A stretch of 64,000 bases of DNA, from contig NZ_DATKTK010000050.1 in assembly GCF_035531155.1 (NCBI RefSeq), forward strand, positions 14,294 through 78,293, in the 5' to 3' direction. A program made the position numbers and the translations under genes. Positions within the stretch are counted from its first letter, which is position 1; every line of letters begins with the position of its first letter. The stretch is from Sulfuricella sp. Its GTDB lineage: Bacteria; Pseudomonadota; Gammaproteobacteria; Burkholderiales; Sulfuricellaceae. The notes below the pieces were generated by a model, which was given only the letters and a program-made list of their open reading frames with translations, was not told the origin of the DNA and searched no databases. Positions 58,875 through 64,000 of the stretch are shown here, piece by piece.

Positions 58875-59828
58875 TTAATGCATCAGCCACACCGTTACCG
58901 GCAGCGTCAGCCAGAACAGTACCGTGGTCCAGCCGATCAGCAGGGCGGCGGCCTCGGTGTCGAGATGAAAGCGGTCGGTCAGGATCAGCGCCGACATGAT
59001 GGTCGGCATGCCCGCTTCGACGATGGCGGCTTTCTGCGCCTCGCCCACCGGAGCGAACAGCAGCGACGCGGTGAGCGCCACCACCAGCGGCATCAGGGCG
59101 AGCTTGATGGCGGCCACGCCGAGAATGACTCCCTTGGGTTTCAGTTGCCGCCAGGGGATGGACAGCCCCAGCACAAACATCATGACCGGGATGGTGGCCT
59201 GGCCGATCATCTTGGCCGCATGGACCAGCGGCTCGAAAGCCAGTCCGCTCATCTGCAAGCCGGCTCCCGCAAAAAACGCCCAGATCGGCGGGATGCCGAC
59301 CAGTTGGCGCCATACCGGCGGATGCAGGCCGGCGGATTCAGGCGGGCCGAGGTGGGTGCAGACCCATATGCCCAGGCTCCAGAACAGCGGCATGGTCATC
59401 AGCATGTCGTTGAAGGCCGCATAGCGAGGTGCTTCGCTGCCATAGAGGAAGACCAGCACCGGCACGCCGATGTAGAAGGTGTTGCCGAACATGCCGCCCA
59501 CCAGCAAGGCGGCGCGCGTCCCGTTGTGCAGGTCGCGCCCGAACCGGGTGCGGTAGAGCAGCAGGTAGAGCACCGCGCCGGAGGTCAGGCCGCCGATACC
59601 GACCAGAAGGGGCACCGACAGCAGTCCGGGGGTGATCGGCGTGGCAACCGCAATGGAGAACAGAATGGCCGGGAAGAACAGGTTGAGCACCAGCCGGTTG
59701 AGCTGGATGCGCAAGGTCTTGCTGGAGATTTCCCGGTAATGGTTCGGCCAGACTGCGCCCACGCCGACCAGAATGGCGGCCGGCAGCATCACCTCGATCA
59801 TGAGTTTGACCAGATGGTTCAGGTCCAT
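58875..59828 (-). CDS. AEC (auxin efflux carrier) family transporter
   Basis: FFPAILF, FGNTFYIGVP, KLALMP, EAGMP. Confidence 0.85.
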   Translation of the reverse strand: MDLNHLVKLMIEVMLPAAILVGVGAVWPNHYREISSKTLRIQLNRLVLNLFFPAILFSIAVATPITPGLLSVPLLVGIGGLTSGAVLYLLLYRTRFGRDLHNGTRAALLVGGMFGNTFYIGVPVLVFLYGSEAPRYAAFNDMLMTMPLFWSLGIWVCTHLGPPESAGLHPPVWRQLVGIPPIWAFFAGAGLQMSGLAFEPLVHAAKMIGQATIPVMMFVLGLSIPWRQLKPKGVILGVAAIKLALMPLVVALTASLLFAPVGEAQKAAIVEAGMPTIMSALILTDRFHLDTEAAALLIGWTTVLFWLTLPVTVWLMH

Positions 59829-59832
59829 AATT

Positions 59833-60001
59833 ATCCTAAAAACCGCAGTTCATTAACCGCAAAGACGCGAAGGCGCAAAGAAAACAAGGACATAAGATCC
59901 ATCTGGTATTCACCTGTCCGGTGACTGGGCAGATTCCGATAACACATTGTTTTTCCTTTGCGTTCTTTGCGCCTTTGCGGTTCAAATGCTTTTTTTAGGA
60001 T
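59833..60001. repeat. Periodic-arm palindrome, CGCAAAG subtype (copy 8)
   Basis: ATCCTAAAAA...AACCGCAAAGACGCGAAGGCGCAAAG ... CTTTGCGTTCTTTGCGCCTTTGCGGTT...TTTTTTAGGAT. Confidence 0.88.
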
Positions 60002-60035
60002 TATTCCCTGAGCGAGGCGGCTGCCGTGATGACGT

Positions 60036-61538
60036 TTAGCCGAGCGTCGGCATCACCAGCGTGGAGGCGCTGCGCTCAGACACTTCCGGCCAGCGGCTGG
60101 TGATGGCCTTGGTGCGGGTGTAGAAGTACACGCCTTCCATGCCGTGCATGTGCAGGTCGCCGAACAGCGAGGACTTCCAGCCGCCGAAGGAGAAGAAGGC
60201 CATCGGTACCGGGATCGGCACGTTGATGCCGACCATGCCGACTTCGATCTCGTTCTGGAAGCGCCGCGCCGCCGCGCCGGAACTGGTGAAGATGGCGGTG
60301 CCGTTGGCGTAGGGGTTGCTGTTGACCAGGTTGATCGCCTCGTCGAAGCTGGCGGCGCGCAGCACGATCAGCACCGGGCCGAAGATTTCCTCGCGGTAGA
60401 TGGTCATCTCGGTGGAAACATGGTCGAACAGGGTCGGCCCGACGAAAAAGCCGTTCTCGTGGCCGGGCACCTTGATGCCGCGCCCATCCGTTAACAACTT
60501 TGCGCCCTGCGCCACGCCGCTGTCGATGTGGCCGACGATCTTGTCGCGATGCTGGGCTGAGATCACCGGGCCCATCTCGACGCCTTTCCTGTCGCCCGGG
60601 CCGACCACCAGCTTCTCGGCTCTTTCCTTCAGCTTGGCCACCAGCGCATCGGCCACGTCGCCCACCGCGACCACGGTGGAGATCGCCATGCAGCGCTCGC
60701 CGGCGGAGCCGTAGGCGGCGCCCATGATGGCGTCGGCGGTGAAGTCCAGCTCGGCGTCGGGCAGTACGATGGCATGGTTCTTGGCGCCGCCCAGGGCCTG
60801 CACGCGCTTGCCGTGGCGGGCGGCGGTCTCGTAGATGTGTTTGGCCACCGGCGTCGAACCGACGAAGGACACGGCACGCACGTCGGGGTGGATGAGCAGG
60901 GTGTCCACCGCTTCCTTGTCGCCCGGCACGACGTTGAAAACGCCGTCGGGCAGGCCCGCTTCCTTGAACAGCTCGGCCATACGCAGGCTGCACGAAGGCA
61001 CCTTTTCGGAAGGCTTGAGGACGAAGGTGTTGCCGCAGGCGATGGCGATGGGGAACATCCACATCGGCACCATCGCCGGGAAGTTGAACGGGGTGATGCC
61101 GGCGCATACCCCCACCGGCTGCAGCATGGAGTGGCAATCGACGCCGCGGCCGACGTTTTCGGCATGCTCGCCTTTGAGCAGATGCGGCGCGCCGACGGCG
61201 AATTCCACCACTTCGATGCCGCGCTGCACCGAGCCGGCGGCGTCTTCCAGGGTCTTGCCATGCTCTTCGCTGGCCAGTTGCGCCAGCTCGGCGCGGTGGG
61301 TTTCGAGCAGGTCACGGAACTTGTTCAGGATGCGGCTGCGGCGCAGGGGGGTGGTATCGCGCCAGGCTGGGAATGCAGCCTTGGCGGCGGCAACTGCGCT
61401 TTCCACATCCTCGCGGCTGGCCAGCGGCACCTGACGGATCGCTTCGCCGGTGGCCGGGTTGGTCACGTCTGCCAGGCGGTTGCTGCGGCTCTCGGTGCGC
61501 TGGCCGTTGATCCATAGGGTTAAGGTAGGCTTCGACAT
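60036..61538 (-). CDS. mmsA: CoA-acylating (methyl)malonate-semialdehyde dehydrogenase
   Basis: ITPFNFPAM, SFVGSTP, GGAKNH, GERCMA, EEIFGP, FGGWK.SLFGDLH. Confidence 0.93.
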   Translation of the reverse strand: MSKPTLTLWINGQRTESRSNRLADVTNPATGEAIRQVPLASREDVESAVAAAKAAFPAWRDTTPLRRSRILNKFRDLLETHRAELAQLASEEHGKTLEDAAGSVQRGIEVVEFAVGAPHLLKGEHAENVGRGVDCHSMLQPVGVCAGITPFNFPAMVPMWMFPIAIACGNTFVLKPSEKVPSCSLRMAELFKEAGLPDGVFNVVPGDKEAVDTLLIHPDVRAVSFVGSTPVAKHIYETAARHGKRVQALGGAKNHAIVLPDAELDFTADAIMGAAYGSAGERCMAISTVVAVGDVADALVAKLKERAEKLVVGPGDRKGVEMGPVISAQHRDKIVGHIDSGVAQGAKLLTDGRGIKVPGHENGFFVGPTLFDHVSTEMTIYREEIFGPVLIVLRAASFDEAINLVNSNPYANGTAIFTSSGAAARRFQNEIEVGMVGINVPIPVPMAFFSFGGWKSSLFGDLHMHGMEGVYFYTRTKAITSRWPEVSERSASTLVMPTLG

Positions 61539-61566
61539 CTTTCTCTCCATAAGTCTTGAATTATTT

Positions 61567-61764
61567 TAAAAACGACGATTAACCACGAATGACACGAATA
61601 TTCACGAATAAACACAAATAGTTAGAGACAATCATCGTGTCGCCTGGAGGCGCCTACTTTTGGCACCAAACGGGTGAATCAGGCTATTCATGCTAACTAA
61701 CAGATTATTCGTGAACATTCGTGTTTAATTCGTGTAAATTCGTGGTTAAAAGCTTTTTCCAGGA
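61567..61764. repeat. Periodic-arm palindrome, CACGAAT subtype (copy 9)
   Basis: Arms and interior near-identical to copies 3 and 7. Confidence 0.9.
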
Positions 61765-63075
61765 TTATTTATGTCCGGAAACCGTGGTGTAGCGGCAATG
61801 GGTTTCGCGGATCGCCAGTGCGCCGAACAGGCCGACCACGGCAAAGGCCAGCATGATGCCCAGGCCGATCTGATAATTCTGTTCCGAGTAGACCCGCGCA
61901 CCCGCCAGCAGCTTGCCGTCCCAGCCCTGATCCATGGCCCAGCCCACCAGGGGCTGCAGCACTGCCGCACCGAGGAAGGAGCCGGTGTTGATAACGCTGG
62001 TCGCCATGCCGGACAGGGCGGGCGGGTTCACTTCCTTGACGCTGGCCCAGGTCAGGGTGAAGCCGGAGGCGCTCAGCCCCATCATGGCAAACAGCGGATA
62101 GCTCAGGCCGGGCGGCAGATGCCATGCGAATACGATCGGCAGCCAGCACAGGACATATAGCGCAATGCCGCCGAGGATCACCGGCATGCGCTTGCCGAGC
62201 CTGTCCGACAACATGCCGGACAGCATCGCGCCGACGGCGAAGGAGAACAGCAGCAGGGTGGTGTGGTTGGCGGCGACGGCGCGCTCCATGCCGTGCACGT
62301 CGCGCAAATAGGGAATGGCCCACAGGCCGGCAAAGGCGAACAGGCTGCCGCCGATACCGAGGTTAGGCCAGAAACCGGGCCAGGTGGCGCGGTTTTTCAT
62401 GACCTTGAGCAGGCCGTCGTACCAGTGCCCGTGATGGCGCGGATGGGCTTCCTTGCCTTCCAGCTCGCGCATGGTCGGCAGGCCGGCCTCGCCGGGATGG
62501 CTGTGGACGAGAAACCAGACCAGCACGCCCAGCAGCAGGGAAAACAGGCCGACCGCAACGAACACGTTGCGCCAGGAGGTATGCGTCACCGCCCACACCA
62601 GTGGCGCGGCGGCAAGCACCGAGCCGAGGTTGCCGAGCAGGATCGACATGCCGCCGACGGTGCCGAAATGGCGGTCGTGGAACCAGACCGAGTTCAGTTT
62701 CATCAGCGAAATGAACATGGCGGATACGCCCAGGCCGACCAGCACCCGCCCCATCGAGGCGGCCGCGAGCGTGTCGGCCAGGCCGAACAGGAGCGAGCCG
62801 AGGCCGGCGACCAGGGCGCCGATGGCGACGATCTTGCGCACCCCCATCGTATCGGCCATGACCCCGATCGGGATCTGCATCACGGTATAGGTGTAAAAAT
62901 AGGCGGCGGCCAGGGCGCCCAGCGCCGCGCCGCTGGCCTGGAAGGATTGCTGCAGGTCGCCGGCGATCGCGGCAGGCGCCATGCGATGGAAGAACGCCAG
63001 CATGTAGCCCAGCACCACCAAGGTATAGCTGGTCCAGCGCAGGCGGCGCATGCGGGCGTGGATATGTGTGGTCAT
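61765..63075 (-). CDS. MFS transporter
   Basis: QIPIGVMADTMGVRK and GMLSDRLGKR loop motifs; about 12 TM segments. Confidence 0.9.
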   Translation of the reverse strand: MTTHIHARMRRLRWTSYTLVVLGYMLAFFHRMAPAAIAGDLQQSFQASGAALGALAAAYFYTYTVMQIPIGVMADTMGVRKIVAIGALVAGLGSLLFGLADTLAAASMGRVLVGLGVSAMFISLMKLNSVWFHDRHFGTVGGMSILLGNLGSVLAAAPLVWAVTHTSWRNVFVAVGLFSLLLGVLVWFLVHSHPGEAGLPTMRELEGKEAHPRHHGHWYDGLLKVMKNRATWPGFWPNLGIGGSLFAFAGLWAIPYLRDVHGMERAVAANHTTLLLFSFAVGAMLSGMLSDRLGKRMPVILGGIALYVLCWLPIVFAWHLPPGLSYPLFAMMGLSASGFTLTWASVKEVNPPALSGMATSVINTGSFLGAAVLQPLVGWAMDQGWDGKLLAGARVYSEQNYQIGLGIMLAFAVVGLFGALAIRETHCRYTTVSGHK

Positions 63076-63173
63076 GGATGAATTTCCACCTGGGCGCATT
63101 AGCTGCTATGCGCAGATTCAGTCAGCGGCCCGGAAATGTCCGGGCCGCGTTCAGCCGGCAGGGAAGAGGCTGG

Positions 63174-63896
63174 TTAATGTGCTGCACCCAGGTAGGCCGC
63201 TTTCACCGCCGGGTCGTTCTTCAACTGCTCCGCCGGGCCGTGGCAGGAAATCCGGCCGTTTTCCAGTACATAACCGTAATCGGCGACATTCAGCGCCGCC
63301 GCCGCAAACTGTTCGACCAACAGCATGGTGATGCCGCGCGCCTTCAACTCCCGGATGATGCGGAAGACTTCCTCCACCAGCAGGGGGGCCAGACCCATCG
63401 ACGGTTCGTCCAGCAGTAAGACGTCGGGGTTGAGCATCAGCGCGCGACCCATCGCCAGCATTTGCTGTTCGCCGCCGGACAGCGTTCCCGCCAACTGCTC
63501 GCGTCTTTCCTTGAGGCGCGGGAACAAGTCGAATATCCGGTTCAGGTCGCCCTGTACGTCGCCGCGCTCGCGGCCGAAGGTGAGGCGCGGAAATGCGCCG
63601 AGGAGGAGGTTGTCGGTTACCGACAGGGTGGAAAATACGCGCCGACCCTCGGGCGAGTGCGCCAGGCCGGTGCGGGCGATTTTGTGCGAGGCCATGCCGG
63701 TCACGTCTTTGGCGCCGAGGCGGATCTCTCCGCCGGTCGGCTTGATCATGCCGGAAACGGCGCGCATGGTGGTGGTTTTGCCTGCGCCGTTGGAGCCGAT
63801 GAGGGTGACTACCTTGCCCTGCGGCACGTCGATGGAAATTCCGTGCAGCACTTCTACCTTGCCGTAGGCGGCGTGTAAGTTTTTGATCTGTAACAT
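63174..63896 (-). CDS. Branched-chain amino acid-type ABC ATPase (LivF-like)
   Basis: GSNGAGKTT, LSGGEQQM, LDEPSMGLAP. Confidence 0.92.
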   Translation of the reverse strand: MLQIKNLHAAYGKVEVLHGISIDVPQGKVVTLIGSNGAGKTTTMRAVSGMIKPTGGEIRLGAKDVTGMASHKIARTGLAHSPEGRRVFSTLSVTDNLLLGAFPRLTFGRERGDVQGDLNRIFDLFPRLKERREQLAGTLSGGEQQMLAMGRALMLNPDVLLLDEPSMGLAPLLVEEVFRIIRELKARGITMLLVEQFAAAALNVADYGYVLENGRISCHGPAEQLKNDPAVKAAYLGAAH

Positions 63897-63906
63897 TGCG
63901 GGCCCC

Positions 63907-64000
63907 TTATGCTGCCTCGGCGCTGCCGCCAAGGTAGGCTTCGATCACTTTCTCGTCGGACTGCACTTCGGCCGGAGTGCCTTCTGCGATCTTCTGGCCG
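63907..64000 (-). CDS. C-terminus of a LivG-like ABC ATPase (partial)
   Basis: GQKIAEGTPAEVQSDEKVIEAYLG-stop. Confidence 0.85.
   Translation of the reverse strand, partial: GQKIAEGTPAEVQSDEKVIEAYLGGSAEAA

Noticed and set aside
48263-61764. CACGAAT repeats as a CRISPR array
   Set aside because: Copies are separated by whole genes, there is no repeat-spacer periodicity, and no cas genes are in the window.

Overview
A GC-rich betaproteobacterial chromosome segment; gene order and content resemble Nitrosomonadales-type chemolithoautotrophs (inference). It has five blocks. (1) 1-12.8 kb: envelope and housekeeping genes (lolC-lolD, comEC, relA, MtfA-like peptidase, dgkA, DedA-PAP2 fusion). (2) 12.9-24.9 kb: a heavy-metal island with a CusRS/CzcRS-like two-component pair, a TolC-MFP-RND pump and several small periplasmic Met/His-rich proteins, one frameshifted and one decayed. 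(3) 25.1-36.1 kb: the conserved tRNA-Val-thrS-infC-rpmI-rplT-pheST-ihfA-merR-tRNA-Pro-surE-pcm-nlpD-rpoS block. (4) 36.2-44.3 kb: an orphaned cheR-(cheD remnant)-cheB fragment beside a truncated IS110 element that retains a bridge-RNA-like leader and sits in a GTAG REP, followed by yrfG, alaA, hom and thrC. (5) 44.5-64 kb: about 19.5 kb of co-directional minus-strand genes for C2/C3 acid metabolism (glcDEF, malate synthase A, glycerate dehydrogenase-like, tartronate semialdehyde reductase-like, mmsA, GMC oxidoreductase, transporters). The best candidate for an undescribed system is in block 5: a phosphoketolase-like ThDP enzyme plus a DUF1537 four-carbon acid-sugar kinase wedged between malate synthase and glcDEF, which suggests an uncharacterised C2+C2/C4 glyoxylate (phosphoglycolate-salvage) route. 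Nine copies of a long intergenic palindrome family with 8-10 nt periodic arms punctuate 42.8-61.8 kb. All assignments come from reading motifs and synteny; no database searches were run.
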